Positions 47,793 through 60,900 of a DNA stretch of 64,000 bases are shown here, piece after piece (within the stretch, counting starts at the first letter, position 1; each line of letters opens with the position of its first letter). The DNA comes from the human T2T-CHM13v2.0 reference genome, Homo sapiens: NCBI RefSeq assembly GCF_009914755.1, contig NC_060934.1, one strand, 5' to 3'. The position numbers were made by a program, and so were the translations under genes. The notes under the pieces were generated by a model, which searched no databases, had not been told where the DNA came from, and saw nothing but the letters and a program-made list of their open reading frames with translations.

Positions 47793-49967
47793 ATGCACAC
47801 ATTTCTAAATGCATAAAAAATTTTTGGAAATATACATTAAAAATTATTAACAGTGGTTACCTCTGGGTAATAGGAATCTTTGGAAACTGGCACTGGAATG
47901 TTAGAGGAGGAAGTAATATATGTTTTTGTTTTTTGATACCTTTCTGTATCATGTATGTACGTATATATGTATTACTATGTTCTATGTTACTTTTATGATT
48001 AAAAATTACTTAAAATTCTTGTGGTTGGTGAAATGAACCAAGTCACTGCAAACAGAAGTCTTACTAGGAAAGTCCACATTGGATCAGGGGTTTATAAGGT
48101 CCTTTCAAGCTCTGACATTGATTTCTGCAACTGGGTGTTAACTGGTAAGTCTCCCCGTCATTTCCGCCATAGGCTTCTGTGAAATTTGGTGTGTGAACAG
48201 CCTCTCTAATTCATCTGCTTCATCTTGAAAACAGTACCAAGAGCTCTCGGTGCTTAAATACCTCACAGGAAATTTGAGGTTGGATGAGATAAGGTGTTCA
48301 AATACTTTGAGTTACCACAAACACAGGTGCTCATGTAGGCACAATATTATGAGTCCTGGAATATTAACAGACCTAGTAAAAAGAAGCTGTTTCTGCCTTT
48401 TGATCACATAGGCATTTTGATACTCATGAACTCCATTTAGTCTGCGGTGGAATGAGTGTTTCTCCACAAACAGTATTAATTTTAGCATTTTTGTTCATGC
48501 CTTCTGTCAAACAAGATTTCTTCAGCCTTTGATTTTTATCAAGATTCACTTTATTCTTCAAAGCATTTAATTCAAGGTTCACTCCATCAGTGGGTGGATT
48601 AGTTGAGTAACTGAAATACCAGTGTTGAATGCCATAGTAGTTATAATATTTCTCTTCACAGGAGATATATTTACCAAAGTCATGTACTAATGAACAATGA
48701 AGTGACTGTCCAAATAGCAGACACCTGGTAAACACTGAATGGAAAATAAACATGGACAGCTCTACAAAATGTTTACTCAATGACTCTTAAATATTCTTCT
48801 AAGGTCACTATTATGTGTCAGGTGCCGTACTGGGTGCTAGGAATACAGGAAGGAGACGCGTGTCTTTTCCCTCATGAAGCTTACATTCTACTAGAGAAAT
48901 GTCACATTGTATTTTAAATTTTTCACACTGGTTCTAATGAAGTATTTGAGAAGCTATGTGAAGAGGAATTTGGAAGTTGCTGGCAGTTTCTGGAGATTAT
49001 GTAGTTGATTACTATTATTCTGAAAAACAAAAAAAATCACCTTTAGTCCCCCACAGAGGTGAAGAGAAAACCAGAAAGTCACCACCAATCAGAATCACAA
49101 AAGGCAGTCAGTGGAAAAGATTGCAAGTTTCAGGAAAAATGAGTTGTCTTAATATGTAAAAAAGCCTTTCTTAGAACTGGAACTTACAAGAAATGGGCTG
49201 AAAATTCTAAAAGCAAACAACCTTAAAGAATAATGTCAAACAGAGGCTGGATATTCATGAATATGATTGGTTGGGAGCATGGCTTCCGCCTACAGAAAGA
49301 GGTTGAAGTAGATTACCTCTGAGGAGCCTTCCTAGTCTAATTGAATAAGTACTGCAGTTATGAAATTATATTTTCTCTAGAGAACCCTTTCTCAACAACC
49401 AAATAACCCAAGTCGCTAATATTCTATTTATATTTTATAATTTCTTAACCAAGATCTCAAATAAGAACTAAGTAAAGAAAAAAACAGGCCTTGTTAGTTA
49501 CTGAAGAGTAAATAGAAGTATAGTTTTCACTAGACAGTCTTGCCTGAAGCTCAATTAGAAATCTTACCATTCACTGGTAAAACATCTGCCAAAGTTAACA
49601 GGTAAACCACTAATTGGTAAGCGGTCACTCCAGGGCCCCTGCCATCATCACCATCCCCAACTCCCAGGAAATCTTGCAAAAAATTTTCCCATTGTTCTGC
49701 CTCCCTTTTCTAACTAATTTGCCAGCCAAATTTCTGTTTTCAGTACTAACTTTAGATGACTCTCCTCTCATGACAGCTTGACTTGTCACTCCTTATTTCT
49801 ATAATCTATCAAAAATAGGACCTCCACAGTTAAAAAAAAAAAAACCCTCATAATTTATATGGCAGATCCTCCAAGTTGACTGGTACTCAGGCACCAAGTC
49901 AGTCCCAAACTAAGGAATATTGATTGCATCAGTTCTTCCAGCTTTGATTCAAAGATTGCTTTTGGCA

Positions 49968-50267
<300 letters not shown>

Positions 50268-50509
50268 TTAGCAAAGACATTGACTCAGTTTCAAATCATG
50301 GTGAGACATCAAAGGAAAAAATTCTTGGTTTGGTTCCTTTAGGAAGAGACCCGGTTAACCTGACATCTGAATTCATGGCACAGTTACATGTGACTGCTGA
50401 CTCCTCACCTTGCAGCCACCCCAATTTGGGGAGTCTCCAAAACAGTATATCAGGTGCTTCTTGTGCCCAGAACAACCTCTGGGGTTGGGATAATAGTAAT
50501 AGCCACAGT

Positions 50510-50700
50510 AGCTAACATGTATTGATTATTTGCTGTTTTCTTGGAATTTTACGGTTTTATATATAACCTCTTATTGAATTCTTGCAGTGGTCCTATGATT
50601 ACCATTTTACAGGGCCTGGGCCTTAGAAGAGTTAAGTTGAACTGCCAAAGGCCAGTCGGTGAAAGTAGCAAGGCTAGGATTTGAACCCAGGACAGTGTGC
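50510..50700 (-). mobile_element. MIR
   Basis: ACCATTTTACAG...GAGTTAAGTTGAACTGCCAAAGGCC...GGATTTGAACCCAGG. Confidence 0.75.
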
Positions 50701-52704
50701 TTTCAGCACTGCAATGGCTGGAGACTGTATGGTGTGGGCCGTGGGAGGGAGCTGGGCTATCGTGCCTTTGCCTTTGTTTGCTCCATGCCTTGGCTCCCCT
50801 GCCCTGGAGCTCTCAGTCTTGCATATTCTTAACGTATATGCTTTCATGCTTTCATTTCATCTTGTTTTGTTTTACATTAGGGGCATTTTTTACAATTCAG
50901 CTAATGTTTCTACTTAATGCATTCAGAGAGTGAGAAGTTCCAAAAAAGTTTCCTTTCTGTATATGTAGTTAGGTTTTGCTAAAGAAAGGTGAGTTAAACT
51001 GGTGATTTACTAAAAATAAGATTGATGAGGGAACCTTATCTCGTTTTGAAGATGACAAATATGGAGACTTTTCAACCACGGAGGAAGACAGAACGCAGTA
51101 GCGGAATGAAAAGGAGATTAAAGCAATAAGGAAAGTAGCTTTCTGCCCCTTGACAGAAGACGTGTGTCCTATAGAGAAGCTTCTCAGAGTGCTGGGGTGG
51201 GGGTGGGGTAGAGGCATGGTGGGAGGCCAAGTGCTCCTCAACCCCTTCCCGCTCTCAAGTAGTTCCACTTGGCTCTGTCTTATGTATTAAAAGTCTACAT
51301 AAACTATTGTTTGGAAATACAATTCTGCTGCTAAAAGTATGACATTGTACAATGGTTATTTTACTGCTGGTTACTGGTCAGAAAAACATTTTTTTTTTTC
51401 TGACACTGGAACTAAACCCTATGAATAAATCCAACTAATTTCATCCTCCATCCTCAGATGCCCAGGCAACTAGCAGAGTCCTGTATATGATGAGGACTAG
51501 CAATAAGTTGGTTGAGTACATTTTTCCCAAAATATTTTATTAATAGTACAAGTTATTGATTGCGTCCCAGGAAGTTTATGGCAAAAAAATTAAACATACT
51601 ATTTTCACTGGTGTTGATAAGACTTGTGGTTCATTTAGTCCAAAGCTTTCTGGGTTCTCCACCCTAAGCATTTTATTTTAGTAATTGATCTGGGTTGAAA
51701 TCGGTCTAAAGTGGAATTATTATCTCCAAATTATTCCAAAGTTTTACTAAACTTAATTTCTTGGGCTGCTTTGCTGCCTAATACAACAAAGATGTTGAAG
51801 TATACCAGGCACACTATTCTGATTTCCCAGATAACCTTTGAGTGACTGATTCAGAGATGACGGCAGCTTTGTTCTCGTAAGTGACTATTTAAGGAACACT
51901 TTTGGCATCACAAATTACAAAAAAAAAAAAAAAGAAAAAACATAGGGAAAAAGTTCAGTTGAATAGTCCTCAGAGGGAAGCAGAAATCAGGGACTCCATT
52001 CAAAGTCCTTGGACACATGTAAATGAGGTTTGCCTGAAGCCCCTAAAGTTTCCTCCCTTCAATCTGTTCACCCCTCTGTGTCACCCTTCAGAGCCCTCAG
52101 GCCTCTCCTTTCCTTTTGTGTACTGAAGAGAATTACACACATTCAGTCACCTTAAGATGTCACAGGTGGATGCAATTTAATGTGTCACCCTCCCCTTGCA
52201 AAAGAGCTGCCAGGCAAGAAAAATCAAGTCAATAGTGTCACATTAGTGACCTGGATATATGTGAACCACTTTTTTTTCTTTTTTAGAAATTTTTAAATCA
52301 AGTCAGGTGAGGTGTGATTCTCTCAGCATACTTATATTGACAAAGCATGCCTAAAAAACTGGCCTGTGCCCTCGGTGAACTTAACGTGTAGTGGTGGCAT
52401 TTACAGGCTGCTTTTCTTCTTCTAGATACAATTTATGAGGATGCTCCCCAATACTATCTGTAGCTATCCCTGCCCCAACTACTCAGAGAGAATCTGTCAG
52501 AGATGTGATCTGAATCCACTAAAGCCCATATGGCAAATTTCTTCAGCATACCAGAAAAAAAGCAAACTTTAGACTGACATTCAAGGCCATCCATGATCTG
52601 ACCACATCTGCCTTATTAACCTTATTTCTCAGTAATCCCTAACCATATACAAATGAAACAGTTTCAAGTTTTTAGGTAGACCCTATATTTTCATGCTTTT
52701 TAAG

Positions 52705-53190
52705 GTATCAATTACAATGGAAACAACCCCAAAACTTAGTGGTTAAAACAATATGCATTCATTTTCCTGTTATCAGTTACTACAGGTCAAGAATTTAGGA
52801 GCGGCTTAGCCATGCGTTTCTGGCTTGGAATTTCTCAGAAGGTCGCAGTCACGCCTAGACTTGAGGGTCTGCTGTCAAGGTGTCTCACTAGTAAGTTGGG
52901 GCTGGTTATTGGTGAGAGGCCTCAGTTTCTTTCCACATGGATCTCTCCCGGGACTGTCTGAGTATAGCTACTGTCTTCCCCCTAAGTGAGTGATCCAAGA
53001 GAGGGAAACAGCAAGGGTGTGCTATCTTCTTATGACCTAGCCTCATGTGTCACAGAGTATCACTTCCATTATATTCTCTGAGTTAGAAATGAATCACTAA
53101 GTCCAGCCCACAATCAATAGGAGGAGAACTAAGCTCCACCTTTGAAGGGAAGAGTGTCAGAGAGTTCGTGAACGTATTCTAAATCACCAT
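52705..53190 (-). mobile_element. MLT1-type MaLR LTR within L2 fragments
   Basis: AACAACCCCAAAACTTAGTGGTTAAAACAA...GGTCAAGAATTTAGGAGCGGCTTAGC...GCTCCACCTTTGAAGGGAAGAGTGTCA. Confidence 0.75.
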
Positions 53191-53379
53191 CCTGCTCTCA
53201 CCCCTTTGCTCATTCTGTTCCTGCTGCTCAGAATGCTTTTTCCCATATCCGCGGAGCCCAATCAATCTTACGTCTTTCGAGACCCAGTTCAACTGTTACT
53301 TCCTCCAAAAATCCTTCCCAAATGTCTCCTAAGAGCTTTCCTTTCTTTTCATTCCCACTATATTTTCTATATATATATT

Positions 53380-53688
53380 TAAATTTTTTAAATTTTTTTA
53401 TTTTTTTGAGACTGAGTCTCCCTCTGTCGCCCAGGCTGGAGTGCAGTGACGCGATCTTGGCTCACTGCAAGCTCCGCCTCCCGGGTTCACACCATTCTCT
53501 TGCCTCAGCCTCCTGAGTAGCTGGGACTACAGGCGCTTGCCACCACGCCTGGCTAATTTTTTGTATTTTTAGTAGAGACGGGGGATTCACCATGCTAGCC
53601 AGGATGATCTCGATCTCCTGACCTTGTGATCCGCCCACGTCGGCCTCCCAAAGTGCTGGGATTACAGGCGTGAGCCACTGCGCCCGGC
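53380..53688 (-). mobile_element. AluY
   Basis: Antisense AluY. Confidence 0.93.
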
Positions 53689-53766
53689 CATATTTCCTAC
53701 TTTTTTTTTTTTTTTTTTTTTAACTACACTTGTTATTTTAGATGGTAATTATTTGGTATTCCAAGC

Positions 53767-53991
53767 CAGGGTTTGTCAACTCTGGCATTACCAATGCTTT
53801 GGGCTGGATAATTATTTGTTGTGGGGATCTTGTCCTGTGTATTACAGGATGTTTAGCAGCATCCCTGCTCTCTTCCCACCAAACACAAGCAGCAACTTCT
53901 GCCCCTAGTTGCAACGATAAAAAATGTCCTCAGACATAGTCAAATGTTTTGTAGTGGGCAAAAAAAATCACCCCTGGTTGAGATCATAGTT
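53767..53991 (-). mobile_element. MER20 (hAT-Charlie MITE)
   Basis: CAGGGTTTGTCAACTCTGGCATTAC...GGATGTTTAGCAGCATCCCTG...AAAATCACCCCTGGTTGAGA. Confidence 0.88.
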
Positions 53992-54191
53992 CTAGGCAAT
54001 TATGTTCTGTGATTCATTTTGAATGTCCAACTCATGACTCTGAAAGGCCATTCTAACAAGCTAGGAGAGGAACAGACTGTATTCTTTCAATCTTGATGTT
54101 GCTGAGGACCCCTGAGTTTTCCTGTCAACCTTTCCTAGGCATTCTTCAGTCTTCTGAGTGATTCCAATAGCCTATCAATAAATTCACCCAC

Positions 54192-54473
<282 letters not shown>

Positions 54474-54959
54474 TTAAAATAAATAAATTCACCCACCTTT
54501 TTTTTTTTTCTTCATTTTCAGCTTAAGTTAGTTTCTGTTGCCTTCTACCTAAAGAAATGTAATTAATGAAAACCAACTCATACTTCAAGGTCTGGTTCAA
54601 ATACCACTTCTTCTAGTTGTCCCAGATGTCTCTGGATAGAATTTATCTTTTCCTCTCATTCATATTTTTTTTAGTGCTTTCTGCAGCCTGACAGTGGAGT
54701 CTATCTAGGTTTACATATGCTCAAACGTTCCTTCAACCCAGGGCCAAGCATTATGCACAGAATAATATAGGCTGGATCTAATTGCGAAGGAAATGGATTT
54801 TCATTTAGGGCTTTAATGCAAAGGAATACATCAAGTGACCACATTATTGGGGAAAAAAGAGTTTGGAGGCTAGTCTGGCAAACCTTGGTCTCAATGCTTT
54901 TTTGCTATTTCACGTTTATCAGAGGCTGTTGGTATACTGAGGATGAGAGCACTTTCTTC

Positions 54960-55085
54960 AATAACTGATTAGGTTCAAATCCTGTCTCCACTTACTGGGA
55001 GACTGTGAGCAAGTTACTTAATTGTTTTGTGCCTCCAATTACTAATCTGTAAAATGGGGATTGTTAAAATACTACCTCATGGGGT
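54960..55085 (+). mobile_element. MIR
   Basis: GGTTCAAATCCTGTCTCCACTTACT...GCAAGTTACTTAA...CTGTAAAATGGGGAT. Confidence 0.85.
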
Positions 55086-55253
55086 TAAAACATAAAACAG
55101 ATAAACTTAGAGCTGCTTTGGCCGAATTAGGAGAGATCCAGAGACTCCCTCGCCTGGCATCACCCTACTGGTTGCCACCTCCAAAGGCATCAACTCAGGG
55201 ACTTAGGGCTGTCTAGATCAATTTGAGACAAACACCAGTAGCCATCCCAGTTG

Positions 55254-55361
55254 TTAACTAGCCATGTTGTCTAGAACAAAGTATTTACTCACCTGTTTAA
55301 TGTTAATAAGGAAGTTGAACAGGTGAGTAAATACCTTGTCCAAGACAACGTGGCTAGTTAA
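55254..55361. repeat. Inverted repeat, 47-bp arms, 14-nt loop, MIR-core derived
   Basis: 55254-55300 versus reverse complement of 55315-55361: 42/47 identical. Confidence 0.92.
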
Positions 55362-55791
55362 TGGTAGCCAGGGGCTGAGTGCTCATTCTCCTAACTCCGT
55401 CAGCTCTAGTTCTGATGCCAACTATTCCAGCTTAACCCGTCTTACTTTCTTGAACTAGCATTCAAGGTCCTTTATGTGGTCCAGCATATCCCATCTCTCA
55501 CCTACTGCCACATTTGCTTCAATCATGCCTACTTGTTTTACCTACAATTTACTTCACAATACGCTCATTCCATTTCTGCCCAGCCAACTGCCTTATCCAT
55601 TCATTCCTTTCCACTTCTATGACTACTAACCTCCCTTTGAATGCTGCAAAATGAAACTCCTCCAGGAACCCATTGGATGAATTATCTTCTATTTTACTCA
55701 TCCCTTCTAGATTTGAAAACCCTATTATTATTAATCCTTATATCTTTGCAAGATATTCATAGTATATACTTTTGCACTTCTTAACTCGTTA

Positions 55792-56091
<300 letters not shown>

Positions 56092-56589
56092 TAACTCAAT
56101 CCGTCACAGATCTTTCACAGCACTTAAAATGAGATGCTAAATTGTGTAATACTGATTACTCTTTCATACTGCCCACAGTGTTTTATGTATTTTTTAATCT
56201 TTATAACCTAAGTTTCCCAGTGGCAGGTAGGGATTGCTTGTATCCAGACAGATTTATGTTAGATATATGGGAGGCAGGTCAAACCATGCTTCATCTCCAT
56301 AGTCTCTAATGATTGGTTCTACTCACCGGAATTCACGTGAGCTTAAGAATAGGCTGTCTTTTAATTTATAAGCCCCAATAGTGCCAAATATAGAGTTCAA
56401 GAGACAATGAACAATAAGTATTTGGATACACTTTTAGGTATTTCCTAAACTTTTATGCACTGTGAGCCTAACATGTTCACATCAAGCAAGAAATGAAAAT
56501 AGGAGAGGGGTTATAAGTGACTAAGTTACTGTGTGTGTGTTGGGTCTCTATCAGCTGTATCCTCTTCCCTCTTCATACACGTGTTACAT

Positions 56590-56830
56590 ACTATATGTCA
56601 ACCTATAGAAACAAGGCAGGAACTTAAGTATTAGGTCCTAGACTATGTGTTACATGCATTACCTTATTTAATAAACACAACTATATTATAAGGTTTTTTT
56701 TATCTTAAACATTAAAATAAAAAACCCAAATGAGGTTAAAAAAAAAAAGCCCCAAATCATATAGCTAAGTCATGACAGAGCTAGAATTTAACCCAAGTCT
56801 AACTCCAGAGTCCGTAGTCAACTACCATGC
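56590..56830 (-). mobile_element. MIR
   Basis: CACAACTATATTATAAGG...GAGGTTAAAA...CCCAAATCATATAGCTAAGT...GAATTTAACCCAAGTCTAACTCCAGAG. Confidence 0.7.
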
Positions 56831-57043
56831 AGTATATGACCCAGAGCAAGTCTTCCACTCTTGTGTGTGTTAAGGGGGGCTACTGAGAGAATATGGTAAT
56901 GATTAATTTATATAAAATATTTAACACAGTATAGTATCTTACACATATTACCCAATAAGCTGTACTCACTCTCATTACAGTATACTATGACAGGGTTAAA
57001 TGTCAATAAAACATGCTTTCTGCCCTTGAAAAATCTGATAAGA

Positions 57044-57420
57044 TGTGGTGGGTAGCCTGCTAAAATAGCACTCCAGTGGCTCTAATTCAATGGCTCTTTA
57101 CCCATGAAGACGATGAGATATCACACCCATGATTACATTGCATGCAAAAGTGATTTCCGAATCAGCTGACCTGGAATTACTCAAAAGGGAAATTATCGTG
57201 GTGGGCATTCCTCATTTAATCATATGAGCCCTTTAAAAGCAAAGCACTTTCTTCAATTGGGAGCAGCTGAAATAGTCAGAGATTTGAAGCATGAGGGAGG
57301 CTTGATGCACTGTTGCTGACTTTGAAGACCGAAGGGGCTACTAGCAAGGGCCGGAGCACAGTTTCTAGGAGCTAAGAGTGACCCCTAGCCAACAGCTAGT
57401 CCTACAAGCACAGGAACTGA
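57044..57420 (+). mobile_element. MLT1 (D/E-like) MaLR LTR fragment
   Basis: TGTGGTGGGTAGCC...AATCAGCTGACCTGGAATTACTCAAAAGGGAAATTATC...GAGCCCTTTAAAAGC. Confidence 0.7.
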
Positions 57421-57821
57421 GAGTGAAGTACCTAGTAGGGCATGGCAGGTTGGAGCTGGGTTGTAATGGTTTCTGTAAACTATGGAAGGGGATTTGAAAT
57501 TTTTATTCTGCTCCATTGGAAGCACATTTTAAAAGAATTTTTTAAAACTAACTGAAAATACCTGAAGAATCTAACACACTATGTGTATGAGTATGTATGT
57601 ATGTATGTTATATCTATAGTATTATATTTTATATACATAAAACACACATTTTAATATTTGAGGTAAGTGAATAATTCCTCTTACTACTATTCTCCCTGTT
57701 AATATAAAATTATAAAATTGCTACAACTAATTCAGTTAAATGTTTATTAAGATTAAGTTCTACAAAAATGCATCCATTCATAATTTTGAGTAGATAAACA
57801 AAATATAAAAATATTTTTAAG

Positions 57822-57902
57822 CAAGACACCAAAAAGTATTCATTTTCAACAAAACAATTTATTTTGATATCTTGAACCATCTGACATAATTATGTATATA
57901 CA
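57822..57902 (-). terminator. RTKN2: Polyadenylation site of the RTKN2 transcript
   Basis: Minus strand: TGTATATA (57902-57895), AATAAA (57863-57858), then U/GU-rich downstream element TTTTTGGTGTCTTG (about 57837-57822); second AATAAA at 57748-57743. Confidence 0.7.
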
Positions 57903-60900
57903 AGATCTTTTCAATCTACCTCTCCTTTAGTAGTTACATTAAGAGATTACCATGTCTCAAGAGCAAACTGCTGGAATTTAAAACACAATTTTCCATAAGA
58001 TCTGGAATGATCTTTTCTAATTATTAAACGTGTCAGCATTAGTATTTTCTCCCATACTCAGATAAAGAAAAATGTTTGTTAAAATTTCTGTAACTTTTTT
58101 TGTTGTTAATTGAATGTAAAGGTAGTTTGTTTCTCTAAGCACATTGATTAGTAGGCCTCTCTCTGTAAAGTATTTTTTTAATTTTAAATATTTCTGATCA
58201 CACTACAGATTTAGAAATAAAATGCTGAAATAATCCAACTGAGCCAGGATTGCTCATTTCTCTCCCCCACTCTGAGGCGCTCTGCAGGAATAAAGTACTG
58301 AGGGAGGTACATTAAAATAAGGAGACTCCTTGTGGCTAGTAGCGACTGAATATCCTACGTACCTAATTTACTGCAGTGGCTTAAGCTCTGGGGAAATTCT
58401 GGATCACTAAACTAAAAGTAAGGTTATGTCAATGGATTTTTAAAAGAGTATACTTTAAGAAGGATTATATGTAAACATTTTAATAATGTTAATTATACCA
58501 TGGCTTATCAGAATGTTAGTCTTATAATAATTAGCACCAGCTACTTGGTATGTCTTTTTCTGATTAAACTGATTCCACCACACTGTCTACTTCAATCAGT
58601 CTAGTCTAGAGGAGCACTTAAAGAGAAAAAGTTAGAAAACGTCTTCATGAATCAGTTCTTTTAATGTACAGAAGTTTCAATTACATGACTTGGGCTCGCT
58701 TACCAAATACCTTTGGTACTTTAAAAAATGTATGTCCATGATATAATACTTTTTAATCCAAAAGTCTGACCCATATTAAAAAATAAAAATTATAAACAAA
58801 GCCAATTACACAAGCATGTCAGAAAATCAACACACCCTAATATATTTTCAAATGATGACTTGTCTTTTAAAAACCCAAAGGTAACATCTTTCCCAGAGTT
58901 AACTAAGAACATCTATGATCCAGAATATGCAGATTTCATTTAACTATTAATAGCAATGAAGCAGTTGCACACAAACATGTAAACATATGTAAACATTTAA
59001 AAATAGTGATGCCTTTGAAATGTAAGGGGAAAATGTCAACTTTACATTATAATTTAAGACTAACAGTGAAGATAGCTACTAGAATATAAATGGTCATCAG
59101 TTAAAGTTTAATTACTATTCAATAATTCACTCTTTAACAAGAAAATGAGTTTTGATAAATTCAGACCACAGGGACAGATATTTTTCTTGCAGAGCAGTTC
59201 TTGCTCATGGTGCAATGCAGTACTCTGTCCATGTAGTATAGTTGTGCCTCATTCGTGGTAACACAGGTGATTACATTCAAATGGCATTTAACATAAATTG
59301 CACCAAACTGCCCTATAATTTCATTTTGGACTGAATTAATTAACTTCTCAGTAGGGGGCTGAGGTGCTGAACATAAGCCTAAAGAAATACTTGACTGCTT
59401 AACCTACCTTACGTGAGGTATCTCTAATTCAAGACAGCTTCCATTTTTAATAAATAGTAGCAGGTAAAATGCATTTAGTAAGATCCCAAAGGGTAAAGAT
59501 AAGGCATTTATAATAAATGGATTTAGTTTTCCACATATATTCACATCCATTTAAAAGAAGTCAGGGGGCACTGCAGACAGTTAAGGAGGATTTAACAAAA
59601 CTCAGCAAGAGTTGGCACGCCTGATATTTTTGAAAGACTATTTACCTTAGGAGGTGTGCATTTAGAATTTTAAAAATGCCTTCTTTGCCCTTGCAAGATA
59701 TTAAAATACAAAAGTTACCACTTAGTAGCAATTAAAAATAATACTATCTTAATGCTGACTACGTAATTTATATCCCAGAGCTTGAAATGTAAAGGTAATT
59801 GTCTAAGACATTATCTTTAGATCATCAGAATTATCATATCATAAAATATCTATTCTGTTTCCCCAATTATATTATCAAGAGCTGACAGCTAACTCTTTGT
59901 TTCAAGTTTACAGTCTTCATATATCAAGAAACAAATTAAAAGGACAAACAAGGAATGTGAAAGCTCATAAAAAGCTGAAGCAGCTTTCATATTACATGGC
60001 ATATTTATTTGTCATAAACTTCTGGTTTAAGAAATGAGAAAACAAACAATTCTTTTGAAACACTCTTTGACACAGTGCTTAACTATTTTTAGATTTTTTT
60101 TTTAAACTGTAAAGGAAGGGAGGAAGGAGAGACAGAAGGAAAGTGGGAAAAGGGGATGAGACAGAGAGAGAGGACAGGGGGCCAGAGAAAGAAACAAAGA
60201 CAAAAAGGAAGGAAGGAGGGAAGGAGGGAAGGAGAGACGGACAGAGGGAATGAATGAAGGAAGGAAGGAAGGAAGGAAGGAAGGAAGGAAACCAACTCTG
60301 TATTATAACTACACTCCTTAGGTAAGGGGTAAATTAGCATTTCAGGAGCTGAAGACACCAGACCCATTTCAAAGACTTGTAACGTACAGTAAGCTGGGCC
60401 CCCCAGAAAGAGACCGAATAATTTGGTGGGGAGGGGGTGGTGGTCCTTGCTCAGGCTTTTAAATGGTTCTAGGTAAAAAGGGCTTCAGTCCTGTTTCAAA
60501 GTTCTACTCTGAGGGCACAACTGCTAGGTAATTTCTGTATGAATACTTTCTTTTTCTTATACACCTTAAGTCCTTCCTGCTGTTATCTGCATGAGGAAAA
60601 ATGACAAGAATATAATCTGGAAGTTTTAATACTGATTTGTAATAAAGGAAGGCATCAACTAGGAAAAAAAAAAGAATGCTTAGATGCCAGCTTCAAAACA
60701 ATTTTCCCTGCAGCATCTTCTAGCTCAATAATTTAGTGGCAATGACAGTCACAAATGCTGTCAAAAACAGCAATGAAGTTTTAAAAAATAACCCAAAAAT
60801 TCAAACAATAATATCCTTTAGATTTTTAATGTCATTTATTGAAATGGCAATCATAACAGAAACTTATGAGAGCCTTCTAGTTAGAAAAAATAAGTTTACT

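Noticed and set aside
48424-48780. 118-aa minus-strand ORF in unique sequence
   Set aside because: No recognisable domain or coding-like composition and a non-ATG start; at most UTR of the candidate distal exon
60089-60367. 92-aa ORF rich in PSFL
   Set aside because: Translation of the (TTCC)n microsatellite in the 3' UTR
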